A stretch of 64,000 nucleotides of DNA, from IMG/VR virus record IMGVR_UViG_3300020601_000007, positions 46,124 to 110,123 of that record; one strand, 5' to 3'. A model generated the notes under the pieces. That model was given only the letters and a program-made list of their open reading frames with translations, had not been told where the DNA came from and ran no database searches. This DNA is from a virus. The translations under genes were made by a program, and so were the position numbers. Every line of letters starts with the position of its first letter. Positions within the stretch are counted from its first letter, which is position 1. Shown piece after piece: positions 1 to 8,687 of this stretch.

Positions 1-12
1 GGAGGCGAATGA

Positions 13-132
13 ATGATTGTCAAGCGCTGGTGCCGCCGTTGCGGTCAACAGAAGCCCCTCAAGGATTTCGATGAGGCAGGAGACCACCTCCGCCGATATT
101 GCAGCGAGAGATGCGTCTCAGGAATCAAGTGA
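13..132 (+). CDS. Small Cys-rich zinc-finger protein (39 aa, MIVKRWCRRCGQ...YCSERC)
   Basis: Read manually, below the ORF-track cutoff. CxxC and CxxxC pairs, GGAGG upstream. Confidence 0.55.
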   Translation: MIVKRWCRRCGQQKPLKDFDEAGDHLRRYCSERCVSGIK

Positions 133-133
133 G

Positions 134-207
134 CGCCCCTGCCCGGATTTGAACCGGGGTTATCGGCTCCGCAAGCCGATGTGATGTCCAAACTACACTA
201 CAAGGGC
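134..207 (-). tRNA. tRNA-Arg(GCG), no encoded CCA
   Basis: Reverse complement folds as a cloverleaf: acceptor GCCCTTG/CAGGGGC, anticodon arm TCGGC-TTGCGGA-GCCGA, T arm CCCGG-TTCAAAT-CCGGG. Confidence 0.93.
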
Positions 208-242
208 AACGGACGTTGCTCATACGGCTCGGCCATAAAGGT

Positions 243-461
243 TCACTTGTGAAAATTGCAGCGCCCACCAAAACGGACACGACCGACCTGACGACACGGT
301 TTCCCCTGAGAATTGATAGCGCCACAGCGGTATCGTTCAGGTGGGTTCCGATGGCAATTGTAGCACAGGAGAGGCTCTTCCTTGTCCTTCCTCTTGTTCA
401 CGGAGGACGCTGACACACCCTCACCACAAGCCACACAATGGTTCGCATGAATACGGTGCAT
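243..461 (-). CDS. Double zinc-finger protein (72 aa; CxxC...CxxC plus C-x-A-x-N-x2-GK-x-C...CxxH)
   Basis: Start moved to ATG 461, which has a TTAAG box ~27 nt upstream. Cys/His pattern matches 857..1084. Confidence 0.7.
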   Translation of the reverse strand: MHRIHANHCVACGEGVSASSVNKRKDKEEPLLCYNCHRNPPERYRCGAINSQGKPCRQVGRVRFGGRCNFHK

Positions 462-482
462 GCAACCTTCGCTTGAAGCAAC

Positions 483-523
483 GGACTTAACCTTCACGGG
501 TGGTTCGGACAGAACGTATATAT
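483..523. promoter_or_regulatory. Divergent archaeal promoters (TTAAGTCC on minus; TATATAT on plus)
   Basis: Boxes lie ~26-32 nt upstream of ATG 461 (-) and ATG 549 (+). Confidence 0.55.
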
Positions 524-548
524 GCGAGATACCTGCGAGCGCATACAC

Positions 549-701
549 ATGAACCAAGAGTGGGCATACGGGGTCCTGATAATTGGCCTTTGCATGGCTT
601 GGATGTGGTGGTTGAGCACGAAACTCGAACCTCATAGTGAGCATCCTATTACCCCCGAACCGTGGTCAATTCACCCGAAAAAGGAGCGTGAAGAAGAATG
701 A
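549..701 (+). CDS. Small membrane protein (50 aa, MNQEWAYGVLIIGLCMAWMWWLS...)
   Basis: Read manually. One hydrophobic helix; ATGA overlap with the next ORF. Confidence 0.6.
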   Translation: MNQEWAYGVLIIGLCMAWMWWLSTKLEPHSEHPITPEPWSIHPKKEREEE

Positions 702-856
702 TGGGGATGAAATTTCGGATTGAATGCTACAATCAGGGGCTTGATGACTGGATTCTGTATGCTTTTGCCAAGACCGAAAATGACGCCCGCCAGAAAATGT
801 CGATGGCCATTTTGAAAACACAACACACGGCTGTCCGTATGACGGAGGTGGCCTGA
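698..856 (+). CDS. Hypothetical protein (52 aa)
   Basis: Read manually. Fills the gap exactly and contains the GGAGGTG RBS for 857. Confidence 0.55.
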   Translation: MMGMKFRIECYNQGLDDWILYAFAKTENDARQKMSMAILKTQHTAVRMTEVA

Positions 857-1084
857 ATGCCCTCCATACCATGTGGTTCCTGCGGTAAATACATCACAGT
901 GAAGCCTCGCAGTGTGCTTGAACATCGCCCTAACCTATGCAGTGCCTGCTACCGCCCTCAACTTGAGTCCGGGCATTTCCGGTGCAAGGCAACAAATCGG
1001 CACGGAAAGCGCTGTTCACTTCCGACCAAGCCCGGGCACGAGACATGCACGGTCCACCTTGGAGCGATGGAGGTGAGGGTTTGA
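857..1084 (+). CDS. Double zinc-finger protein, paralog of 243..461
   Basis: CGSC...CSAC...RCKATNRHGKRC...CTVH. Confidence 0.7.
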   Translation: MPSIPCGSCGKYITVKPRSVLEHRPNLCSACYRPQLESGHFRCKATNRHGKRCSLPTKPGHETCTVHLGAMEVRV

Positions 1085-1293
1085 CATATATCGAACCACC
1101 AAAGAAGCATTCTCACCACCCCTGCTGGTATTGTGGTGGACGAGTCATTTGGTCGTGCGACTACGACCCAGAAGGTCTGGGCTACGATGAAGGAACAGAA
1201 GGGATTGTTTCGCACCTGCACTGCATGGACTGTAATGCGTTCATCGAATACCGACGAATTCAAGGGGAGCAATACGACGAGGATGATGCCTGA
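1081..1293 (+). CDS. Zinc-ribbon protein (CWYC...CMDC)
   Basis: TTG start at 1081 after GGAGGTGA; acidic tail. Confidence 0.65.
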   Translation: MTYIEPPKKHSHHPCWYCGGRVIWSCDYDPEGLGYDEGTEGIVSHLHCMDCNAFIEYRRIQGEQYDEDDA

Positions 1294-1514
1294 TGCCACT
1301 TTCCCGTAAGAGCGAGTTCTTTTGTGGCCGTATTCTTGCTGTTCTTGAGCACCATCGGGGTCAGTGGATGACCTCAAAACAGGTTGCTGAAAGTCTTCCC
1401 GATGAAACAGTGTATGCTTGGAACAGCAGCACGGTAGCCATGCTGCTTGGCATCATGGGCAGGAAAGGGCAGATTGAGGTCCAAACGACGTCACCAAAAA
1501 AATACAGGGTGTAA
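1293..1514 (+). CDS. Winged-helix DNA-binding protein
   Basis: MTSKQVAE helix, VAMLLGIM helix, terminal beta hairpin ending KYRV. Confidence 0.55.
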   Translation: MPLSRKSEFFCGRILAVLEHHRGQWMTSKQVAESLPDETVYAWNSSTVAMLLGIMGRKGQIEVQTTSPKKYRV

Positions 1515-1516
1515 GC

Positions 1517-2119
1517 ATGGGCCTTTACGTCTTCAAATCAAGTCATGCAGACTACATCAAAGTGGGGTTCACCTCTTGGGATAACCCGTGGTATCGTGTG
1601 AACGGCTCCGCTGGCGTTCCTTTGGGTTTCAGCAGCGTCCGACACCCCGAGAGCCTCAAGGGGCGCGTTGGTCCGAGCGACCTCGAACTGTTAGGTTGGT
1701 GGCCTGAATGCACGCATGAGCAGGAGAATGCGATACACACACTGTTGCGGCGCATCAGCGTTGTCGGCGAATGGTATGCGCTGGAGGAACTACCGCTCTT
1801 CTTTTCGTTAATGAAGGCCTCCTGTGGCTCCTCAAAGCATGAGTCGGTGAGGACGCCCGAGAAGCCCCTCAAGTCCGAGGAAGTGGCCCCTGAGCCCCCA
1901 AAGAACCCAACGCCAAGGAGTGGGCAAAGGTGGAGCCCAGAAGAGGACCAGAAACTGCGGAGCCGTGTTGGGCAGCAGTGGAAAGAAGTGAGCCCTGTTG
2001 ATTTTGTCAAGCAGAATCATGAGTGGTTTGGCCGCTCAAAAACCGCACTGATGGCTCGGCTCAAAAAACTCGGAAAGGTCGTGTGGGAAGAAAATAAGGC
2101 CAATTGGAAGGTGTCATAA
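1517..2119 (+). CDS. T5orf172/MUG113-like (GIY-YIG superfamily) nuclease fused to a Myb-like HTH
   Basis: LYVF..YIKVGFT..R..ENAIH..GEWY, followed by RSGQRWSPEEDQKL...GRSKTALMARLKKL. Confidence 0.7.
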   Translation: MGLYVFKSSHADYIKVGFTSWDNPWYRVNGSAGVPLGFSSVRHPESLKGRVGPSDLELLGWWPECTHEQENAIHTLLRRISVVGEWYALEELPLFFSLMKASCGSSKHESVRTPEKPLKSEEVAPEPPKNPTPRSGQRWSPEEDQKLRSRVGQQWKEVSPVDFVKQNHEWFGRSKTALMARLKKLGKVVWEENKANWKVS

Positions 2120-2151
2120 CCTTCATGTCCAATGGGGTGCTTGCATTGACC

Positions 2152-2478
2152 ATGGAGGAGGATTGGGATGATGAGACTCCCGCTTGGACGGTATCCGAAG
2201 AACCCGAATACAACCCAGTCCAAGCCCTCAAGGATTTAACACCCCTTGCTGAGTTCCTGATGTCCAGTGCGAGTTCACTTTCCTTCAAGGGCGTGCGCAC
2301 GGGCGTGGAATTCGATGGGGAGTTCCTCTTCGAGACCATTGAATTGAAAGACTTCAAACAGGCTTACATCAAAATGTGTTACCACAAAGGAGACCTCGTT
2401 TCTGTCGCCGTTTGCCACAAGGACTACGATGCCCCACAAATCATTCTGCCAGCGCCGGATGTCTTCGTTGAAGGCTGA
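2152..2478 (+). CDS. Hypothetical protein
   Basis: ORF in the plus-strand run; start uncertain (2125 or 2152). Confidence 0.55.
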   Translation: MEEDWDDETPAWTVSEEPEYNPVQALKDLTPLAEFLMSSASSLSFKGVRTGVEFDGEFLFETIELKDFKQAYIKMCYHKGDLVSVAVCHKDYDAPQIILPAPDVFVEG

Positions 2479-2541
2479 ACAAACGAAACCACAGGAATGG
2501 TTAAAGGGCGTATCCCCTTGGTTTGGAATCCCGGTGATACA

Positions 2542-2712
2542 ATGGCAACAGGAGTCGAAGAATATCTGGCTGAAATGGGAATGACAAAGGCGATGCTTGA
2601 GGTCCTTGACCCAACGCTGAGCAACACACGACAGGTGTCGCTGAAGACATTTGGCATGGTTGAAGACCAGAAACAAACCACACTCCTGAATCTCCCCGTG
2701 AAGACCGCTTGA
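2542..2712 (+). CDS. Small hypothetical protein
   Basis: GGTGA RBS before ATG 2542, TTAAAG upstream. Confidence 0.45.
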   Translation: MATGVEEYLAEMGMTKAMLEVLDPTLSNTRQVSLKTFGMVEDQKQTTLLNLPVKTA

Positions 2713-2742
2713 TTTAATTCCACGACGTGGAAAGAGCAACAC

Positions 2743-2955
2743 ATGGGACGAAAAAAGCGCGGTGACCTGAGAAGCAGGGAACTCTCCTTGCATCTGCGAA
2801 TCCAAACCAAAAAGGACCTCATCAGCAGGCTTCTGGAACAGTTCGCTGACCTCAAAGAAAAAATTTCTGAGGAAAAGGCCGACCTGCGCTCAATGCTCGA
2901 GGAGCATCGGGACATACGAAACGAATTGAAAGAACAAGAGGGATACCAATGGTAA
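2743..2955 (+). CDS. Coiled-coil hypothetical protein
   Basis: TTTAATTCC ~30 nt upstream; heptad pattern. Confidence 0.55.
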   Translation: MGRKKRGDLRSRELSLHLRIQTKKDLISRLLEQFADLKEKISEEKADLRSMLEEHRDIRNELKEQEGYQW

Positions 2956-3131
2956 ATACGAAAGTGACAGAAGGAGAAAGGGCAGATGCTGAATGGTGGC
3001 TCGGGTATTGGAAGAACGTTGCATCGTGGCTCGTTCATCAACTTGAGGACGAAGTGAAGCACGAAGGGTCAATCGCAGCGACCATCCCTATCATCAAGCG
3101 AGAACTGGCTGGTCAATATGGGAATCAGTGA
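2949..3131 (+). CDS. Hypothetical protein
   Basis: Overlaps both neighbours, consistent with an operon. Confidence 0.5.
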   Translation: MVNTKVTEGERADAEWWLGYWKNVASWLVHQLEDEVKHEGSIAATIPIIKRELAGQYGNQ

Positions 3132-3387
3132 TGTTCTGAAGGATTTTGGAGACAGCGTTGTCTCCGGTGCAGCAGAAACGATACGCACAGAAGGGAAGGA
3201 CTTCACTGTCCGAGTCAACCTCGACATCCCTGTGGATGACAAGGCGATTATCGCCCTTGCATTCAGCCAAATCAAGGAGCAAGCAAAAGAGGCAGCGGAG
3301 AAAATAGACCGGCGCTGGAAAATCACACAGGCCATGTTCGGTGTGGCCATCGTCCTTCAGTTCGCAGCCACCATCCTAAACGTTTAA
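3118..3387 (+). CDS. Small protein with C-terminal TM helix
   Basis: Ends AMFGVAIVLQFAATILNV. Confidence 0.6.
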   Translation: MGISDVLKDFGDSVVSGAAETIRTEGKDFTVRVNLDIPVDDKAIIALAFSQIKEQAKEAAEKIDRRWKITQAMFGVAIVLQFAATILNV

Positions 3388-3412
3388 GACCACGTTGCAG
3401 AAGGGACGGTTC

Positions 3413-3583
3413 ATGAAATACGTGGTGATTGACAAAAGTGACATGGACGCCGTCAGGGTCCTTTTCATTGGGAACGACAAGGCAGAAGTGCAAGGGTGGC
3501 TCGGTGGCTACAAGAAAATGACCGATGCTGCTGGACTTTGGAACGCAGGGGACATCGTGGTGGCTCCCTATGACGACGAATGA
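3413..3583 (+). CDS. Small hypothetical protein
   Basis: TTTAAGACC 25-30 nt upstream of ATG 3413. Confidence 0.55.
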   Translation: MKYVVIDKSDMDAVRVLFIGNDKAEVQGWLGGYKKMTDAAGLWNAGDIVVAPYDDE

Positions 3584-4475
3584 GAGCATTCGCTCAAACG
3601 GGAAGCGGTGGCAAAACAACCACATCTCACCGAGCAAACTGAATGTTTGGCTCAAGTGTCCTGCTGCCTTCTGGTTCCACTACATCAAGCGTCTACCCCG
3701 TAAGAACAAGGTGTTCTTCCCGCAGGGAACGGCTGTTCACTTTGGTGTTGAACTCCTCAATAAAGACCTCAACATGGGGAAGACCCCGGACTACGACTAT
3801 TACGTCCTGAAAATGGAGGAGGTTTGGAATGAGGAAATCGAACGTGGAGGAGAACTCTTCGACTCAAAGGACAACGAAATCGCTCCCAGCCGATATTCCT
3901 ACCACTTCAACGAGGTGGAGCGCTGGTTCAAAATTTATTTTGATGCTGCCGAGCGAGGCGCTGTCCCAGACTTTGACCCCACCTCAGTCATTGAGACAGA
4001 ACTGGACGTGATGCGCCGTGTCATCCACCCTGTCCATGGTGACCTCGGTGTGTTCATTCGTGGCAAAATTGACTGGGTCATCGACCTCGACAGCGACGTA
4101 GCGCGCCTTGCTGACCTGAAAACAGCCTCGACCCATTGGATGGGTCAGTGGAGCGAAACCAAGGCGAGTTCACAACTCCAAGCAACCGCATACGGCTACG
4201 CCGTGGGCAAGGACCTCGACTTTTCCTACATGGTCATCCCAAAGGCATCAGCAAAGGATGCACCCTCGACAAGGCTGGAGCACTACCGCACGAAGCGAGG
4301 TGCTACCCAATACGCAAAATTGGAAGACCTCATCTACAACTTCGTTCAGCAAACGGACGTTTTGAACAACTACGAAGGGTTTGTCCCGTATCCGAACCCT
4401 GACCCGAGCAAATACAAGCACTGCAACAAACTGTGCGACTACAAGGCCGCCTGTCAGAAGGAATTCTTTGAGTGA
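3570..4475 (+). CDS. PD-(D/E)xK nuclease, Cas4/RecB/AddB-like, with probable Fe-S cluster
   Basis: HISPSKL..CP, GTAVH, IRGKID, ADLKT, QATAY and C-terminal CNKLCDYKAAC. Confidence 0.88.
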   Translation: MTTNESIRSNGKRWQNNHISPSKLNVWLKCPAAFWFHYIKRLPRKNKVFFPQGTAVHFGVELLNKDLNMGKTPDYDYYVLKMEEVWNEEIERGGELFDSKDNEIAPSRYSYHFNEVERWFKIYFDAAERGAVPDFDPTSVIETELDVMRRVIHPVHGDLGVFIRGKIDWVIDLDSDVARLADLKTASTHWMGQWSETKASSQLQATAYGYAVGKDLDFSYMVIPKASAKDAPSTRLEHYRTKRGATQYAKLEDLIYNFVQQTDVLNNYEGFVPYPNPDPSKYKHCNKLCDYKAACQKEFFE

Positions 4476-4480
4476 TATGA

Positions 4481-4717
4481 ATGCTGTTTTGGGATGAGTG
4501 GCTCGGCTTTGACTGGATGGCATTCCGCCAGTTCCTGTTCAGTGTTGGTTGCCTCAGCCTGATGATTTCCCTTATCGCTACAACCGAGGGACATGCGTGG
4601 TGGCAGCCATACGCTTCTGTCTGGGGCTTCTTTGCCTCAAACGCTACAATCTCCATCATCGGGGCCATGTTTGCCATGACAGCGCTCTTTTGGTTTTGGA
4701 GGTTCAAGGTGGTTTGA
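4481..4717 (+). CDS. Two-TM membrane protein
   Basis: Two hydrophobic segments, Trp-rich. Confidence 0.55.
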   Translation: MLFWDEWLGFDWMAFRQFLFSVGCLSLMISLIATTEGHAWWQPYASVWGFFASNATISIIGAMFAMTALFWFWRFKVV

Positions 4718-5325
4718 TGAAAGCGATATATCTGCATAACACCAACAAGTCGACACCGATTGACTTCTTCCTACCTATCGCACAGGAGTATGCGTTGAAA
4801 CTTGGCTGGACGAAACCAGTGGTTTTTTCTGACGGATGGGACGAGCCAGAGGACTGGAACATGATGGTGGAATACGCCACGCACAAAACGAACCGCCTGA
4901 CGGATGTCATTTTGATAAATTTGAGCCGCTGGCATGGGCGACTTGAGCAAGCAAAAGAGGAACTCACGCACTTGGAAAATCATGGAATTGTGGTGCACGT
5001 GGTTCAGACCAGTCACTTTTTGCCCAAAATACACGACAAACGGACGTTGGAGAGGGCTTTTGACATTATTTCGAGTTGGACCTATTTCACGGACGTTATG
5101 TCGCTCAAAACACGGGAGGGCATGAGGCACCGAAAAGGCGGTCGCCTCCCCTACGGGCTCACGCGAGAGAACGGAAGCGTGGTCCAACACCCAGAACACT
5201 ATCCAATCGTCGAGCGAGTGATGGGCATGTATGAAAGAGAAGTCGCTGTCCCTGAGATAGCACGGGACATGAACATCTCACAGTCAAAGGTCCGCTCAAT
5301 CATCCGGGCTTGGAAAGACCGTTAA
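4717..5325 (+). CDS. Degenerate serine-recombinase/resolvase-like protein with C-terminal HTH
   Basis: VILINLSRW..LENHGIVVHVV..SLKTREGM..GGRLPYG..HTH (EIARDMNISQSKVRSII). The N-terminal YxRVS motif is absent. Confidence 0.65.
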   Translation: MKAIYLHNTNKSTPIDFFLPIAQEYALKLGWTKPVVFSDGWDEPEDWNMMVEYATHKTNRLTDVILINLSRWHGRLEQAKEELTHLENHGIVVHVVQTSHFLPKIHDKRTLERAFDIISSWTYFTDVMSLKTREGMRHRKGGRLPYGLTRENGSVVQHPEHYPIVERVMGMYEREVAVPEIARDMNISQSKVRSIIRAWKDR

Positions 5326-6428
5326 GCGAAAATGTCCAGTGGATTATTGCCACGGCCACGACGGGTGCCACGCTGCTTTGTGAAATATCGCATGGCCAAC
5401 AAATAGGCGACCACAGCAGCCGGGATGGCATAAGTCCCGGTCGTGCGCACGGCTGAACCGACGATGCTCCGTGGGGCTGGTTCAGACACGCCGAGTTCGC
5501 CCATCAATTTACTGCGCTGAGCATGAAGTGCGCTGATTCCTTTTCGGACGTTAATGGCCATGTTGCGAAGTCCCTGTGAATTGCTGTCACCATTGAGAAG
5601 AACAGATTTTTGGTTGTAATCAGTCTGCAACACAGTCACCAACAGAGAGAGGCCACCAATCGCACCGGGTTCCAGTGCCTCGGGCTTGGTTTTCTGCAAG
5701 TGTCGAGCGTAGTTGAGATTCTTCCTCGCAGCATCAAGTTCCTGCTTCTTTGCGATGAGTATTTCCTCCTGCTCCTTGATTTGCTCGTTGATGACTACCA
5801 AGGATTTGTCCAATTTCGTGATGCCGTCCTGAACTTCGGCTAATTGCTTGGTTTTGGTAAAGGTCTCCCTGTCTGCTTGGTCGAGGTTATCGGGGATGTG
5901 GGAAACCATCATTGTGGATTCCTCGAATGGACGTGCGCTCCTACCGTATCTCGTCTTGAACCTGCTTTTGTATTCTGCGTGGACCTTGGCCTTGGAAGCC
6001 TTGGGACCAAGGTCCTTTTCAACCTGCAAATACAGTTCCGTGCCTTTGATTTCCCCTGTGTTCGTAGGGGTGGCATCTGATTCCCAGTCCCTCACTGAAA
6101 GAGACCAATCGTCATCCAGACCGTCCCCACCCTTAACGATGGTCGGGTCATCAAACACGCTGGATGTTCGTGTCATGAACTGGTTGGAGATGTCCACATC
6201 ATTTGCGATATTGCGCGCTGTTTCGTATTGCAGGCGTCGTGCCCTGTCGTTTCCAAAGTCGATTGCACCCATGGCGTTGAATCGGGCCTTCTTGATGCTC
6301 TCGTTTGCCATCTGGCGAACATAAGTGGGTGGCCCACTGATTGCTGAGATTTGGTTTCGGATGGCTCGCTGTCGGTTCCGAGCCTTGTGAACGTGAGCCA
6401 ATTGTGCATTGAATTCTGCTCGCTTCAT
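5322..6428 (-). CDS. Coiled-coil protein with C-terminal TM anchor (probable virion membrane protein)
   Basis: Long heptad region, AIPAAVVAYLLAM, basic tail. Confidence 0.65.
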   Translation of the reverse strand: MKRAEFNAQLAHVHKARNRQRAIRNQISAISGPPTYVRQMANESIKKARFNAMGAIDFGNDRARRLQYETARNIANDVDISNQFMTRTSSVFDDPTIVKGGDGLDDDWSLSVRDWESDATPTNTGEIKGTELYLQVEKDLGPKASKAKVHAEYKSRFKTRYGRSARPFEESTMMVSHIPDNLDQADRETFTKTKQLAEVQDGITKLDKSLVVINEQIKEQEEILIAKKQELDAARKNLNYARHLQKTKPEALEPGAIGGLSLLVTVLQTDYNQKSVLLNGDSNSQGLRNMAINVRKGISALHAQRSKLMGELGVSEPAPRSIVGSAVRTTGTYAIPAAVVAYLLAMRYFTKQRGTRRGRGNNPLDIFA

Positions 6429-6745
6429 TCGTTCCACTTCCTTGTCAGGTATGAAAGCAACATCATGCCTCCAGCAGTGCCCAAATACGACATGCTGAAC
6501 AGCGCTCTGAAACTGTTGTCTCCCAGTGCTTTTCCAACGGCGAAGCCTAAAACACCTGTTCCTACGCCGAATGAAGCGTAGTGCGTGACTTTTCCGACCT
6601 TTTTGAGTGCTGGGGACACGCCACTGAGAGCGTTAGCGAGTTGTGCTGCTTGGTGGACGTTTCCCATCATTCCTTCACTCTCCGGCATTTTGTATGTTGA
6701 TGATTTGACTGTGTGTGCTTTGACCTTTGACATGTCCCGGCTCAT
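6425..6745 (-). CDS. Small two-TM membrane protein
   Basis: Gly-rich hydrophobic helices. Confidence 0.6.
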   Translation of the reverse strand: MSRDMSKVKAHTVKSSTYKMPESEGMMGNVHQAAQLANALSGVSPALKKVGKVTHYASFGVGTGVLGFAVGKALGDNSFRALFSMSYLGTAGGMMLLSYLTRKWNE

Positions 6746-7029
6746 GCATTCAGCACCCCAAGCGTGATGATATACAACCCGGCAACTGTTGTAGCACCCT
6801 TTGCTGTTGCGACTTTACGGAACTTGAGCGTCCTCTTGAGTTCCTTGACAACATTTTCTGCCCCGGGGAAACCAAGGCCAGCGTAGACCAAGGTTGCTCC
6901 AAGAAGTAATTTCTGTTGGCGGGGAGAACGGATGTTGATGATGGGGAGGTCAACGAATCCGAGACCGTTGTTTCCCATCGAACCGAACGCTCGTGCCCGT
7001 TCAAATTGGACGTTGCGTGCGCTGCTCAT
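6742..7029 (-). CDS. Small membrane protein with FG/MG/LG motifs
   Basis: AFGSMGNNGLG followed by two hydrophobic segments. Confidence 0.6.
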   Translation of the reverse strand: MSSARNVQFERARAFGSMGNNGLGFVDLPIINIRSPRQQKLLLGATLVYAGLGFPGAENVVKELKRTLKFRKVATAKGATTVAGLYIITLGVLNA

Positions 7030-7048
7030 GGTCCTCGCATGCCATCCA

Positions 7049-7501
7049 TCAAATTAACCGTTTCGTTGACAAGTCGAATACTGGCATGGGCATCTCGGTC
7101 AGTGCGTATTGAAATATTGCTTCACCTCTGCGGGTATTCAGATTCCAGCGAAGGTAAGAATATTCAGCAAAGAAGGCGCTGCCGTCCTCGTAATAGGTGC
7201 CGTATTTGTATGCCCTTGCCATGCGTTCGAGGGCTTGACGGTGTAATATTTTGTCCGCACCAGAAAAATATGGGAGTGCCATGGCGCGCTGAACGAACGT
7301 GTCGATGTCAGTCACGTCCGAATATTCGCTTGTGACGCCCTCGTCCCTCCACAATGTTGGTGGGTGCGGGACTTCACTACGGCGCCCATAGCGACCCGTT
7401 TGGTATTGGATGGTCGGTATCGCCGCAGCGACATTCCGTGTCTGGGAAACGAACAGCAAAGCAACCGCAAGGATGAGCACCGTGCGCCTGCTTGACATCA
7501 A
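7049..7501 (-). CDS. Signal/TM-anchored protein, paralog of 7503..7883
   Basis: N-terminal hydrophobic helix; GRYGRR, VQRAM, YKYG. Confidence 0.6.
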   Translation of the reverse strand: MMSSRRTVLILAVALLFVSQTRNVAAAIPTIQYQTGRYGRRSEVPHPPTLWRDEGVTSEYSDVTDIDTFVQRAMALPYFSGADKILHRQALERMARAYKYGTYYEDGSAFFAEYSYLRWNLNTRRGEAIFQYALTEMPMPVFDLSTKRLI

Positions 7502-7502
7502 A

Positions 7503-7883
7503 TCACGCCTTTGGGATTGGCCATGTCAAGTCGACTTTACGGTTGTAATACACTGCTTCGTTGATGGCATTCTCCAAAGCATCTCCGTTTGCGAACGTGT
7601 ATCCGTATTGGTAATTCAACATCGCCCGGTCAACGTATTCACGGATGGAGGAAGAGGAAGCCGTGTATTGGGGCCAGCGCTGCGTGAGGTATCGGTAGGT
7701 CGAAAGGCTCATCTCGGTGCCATACCCGGGCCATATTTCAGTGGAAAAAGAAATACGGTCTCGCTCACCGTATTGCCCGGGAACGTATTTCGGTCCAAAA
7801 ACGGTGTTTGCGACACCAATCAGTGCTGCTGCGATGACGATATTCCGAATGCTCAGGAGTTTCATGTCAGGCCGCCCTGACAC
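7503..7883 (-). CDS. Signal/TM-anchored protein, paralog of 7049..7501
   Basis: N-terminal hydrophobic helix; GQYGER, VDRAM, YQYG. Confidence 0.6.
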   Translation of the reverse strand: MSGRPDMKLLSIRNIVIAAALIGVANTVFGPKYVPGQYGERDRISFSTEIWPGYGTEMSLSTYRYLTQRWPQYTASSSSIREYVDRAMLNYQYGYTFANGDALENAINEAVYYNRKVDLTWPIPKA

Positions 7884-7903
7884 CTTGGAGGTAGGCAGTC
7901 AAA

Positions 7904-8644
7904 TTAAGCGTTTTGTCCCATGTGCCCAAAGCGTCCGGCTTGAGGGTTCCCCGGTTGCTGTGGCATCATACCGGGCTGCATTTGGTTCTGCGCAGGGGGG
8001 AGGCCGAGGGTTCCACGGATGAGAGAAGAGCCGAAACCACCCAACGCTGCACCCATCCCCGCCCGTTGTGGCTGCATCATCTGTTGCTGTTGCATCATCT
8101 GCTGTTGCATCATTTGTTGCTGCATCTGCTGCTGCATCATGTTCTGTTGGTGTCCACCCATCAACTGCATGGCTTGCATGTCTGCCTGAGAGACAGCCAT
8201 CTGCATTTCTTGGGTTGGGACGACCTTTGACACCTGCATGTCGATGTTCTCCTGCGTGATGGAGGAATATTCCGTTGCTGCTTCAGCGTTCACGGTGAGT
8301 GCCCCACCTCGCTCGCTTGATGAGACAATGGCTCCGCTCTTGAAGAGAGAATACATTTCCTTCCGCACAACAAGGGCGATGAGGTTAGCGAATTCCGTCA
8401 TGAAATTGGGGTATGAGAGGAAGAAAAGGGCAACTTGATTCGGATGTGCTGCCATCAAGTGGTAAAACAGCGCCACTTGGTCCTCGTTGTTCATTCCGTT
8501 GGTCATGCTGTCGACCTGACTCATCGCAGCCTGTCCGGCCATAGCCGTCAAACCTGATTGATTGGCAGCAGCCGCAACTTGTCCGAGGCCATTCGGCATC
8601 AGAGATTGTGAGTTATTCGAGTTTCCAAAGAGTCCCATTTTCAT
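7904..8644 (-). CDS. Gln/Met-rich low-complexity protein (GTPase operon)
   Basis: MMQQQMQQQMMQQQ repeats; GGAG RBS. Confidence 0.7.
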   Translation of the reverse strand: MKMGLFGNSNNSQSLMPNGLGQVAAAANQSGLTAMAGQAAMSQVDSMTNGMNNEDQVALFYHLMAAHPNQVALFFLSYPNFMTEFANLIALVVRKEMYSLFKSGAIVSSSERGGALTVNAEAATEYSSITQENIDMQVSKVVPTQEMQMAVSQADMQAMQLMGGHQQNMMQQQMQQQMMQQQMMQQQQMMQPQRAGMGAALGGFGSSLIRGTLGLPPAQNQMQPGMMPQQPGNPQAGRFGHMGQNA

Positions 8645-8687
8645 TCGCTCCTACCTAACGCACGTATGTCATGGACTTGAACATTCC

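Noticed and set aside
134-207. tRNA as provirus attachment site or boundary
   Set aside because: No duplicated tRNA 3' fragment or tyrosine integrase was seen, and a virus-like ORF lies on its other side. Cannot be excluded beyond the window.
3570-4475. Cas4 as part of a CRISPR-Cas system
   Set aside because: No cas1/cas2 or array; stand-alone Cas4-like nucleases are common in archaeal viruses.
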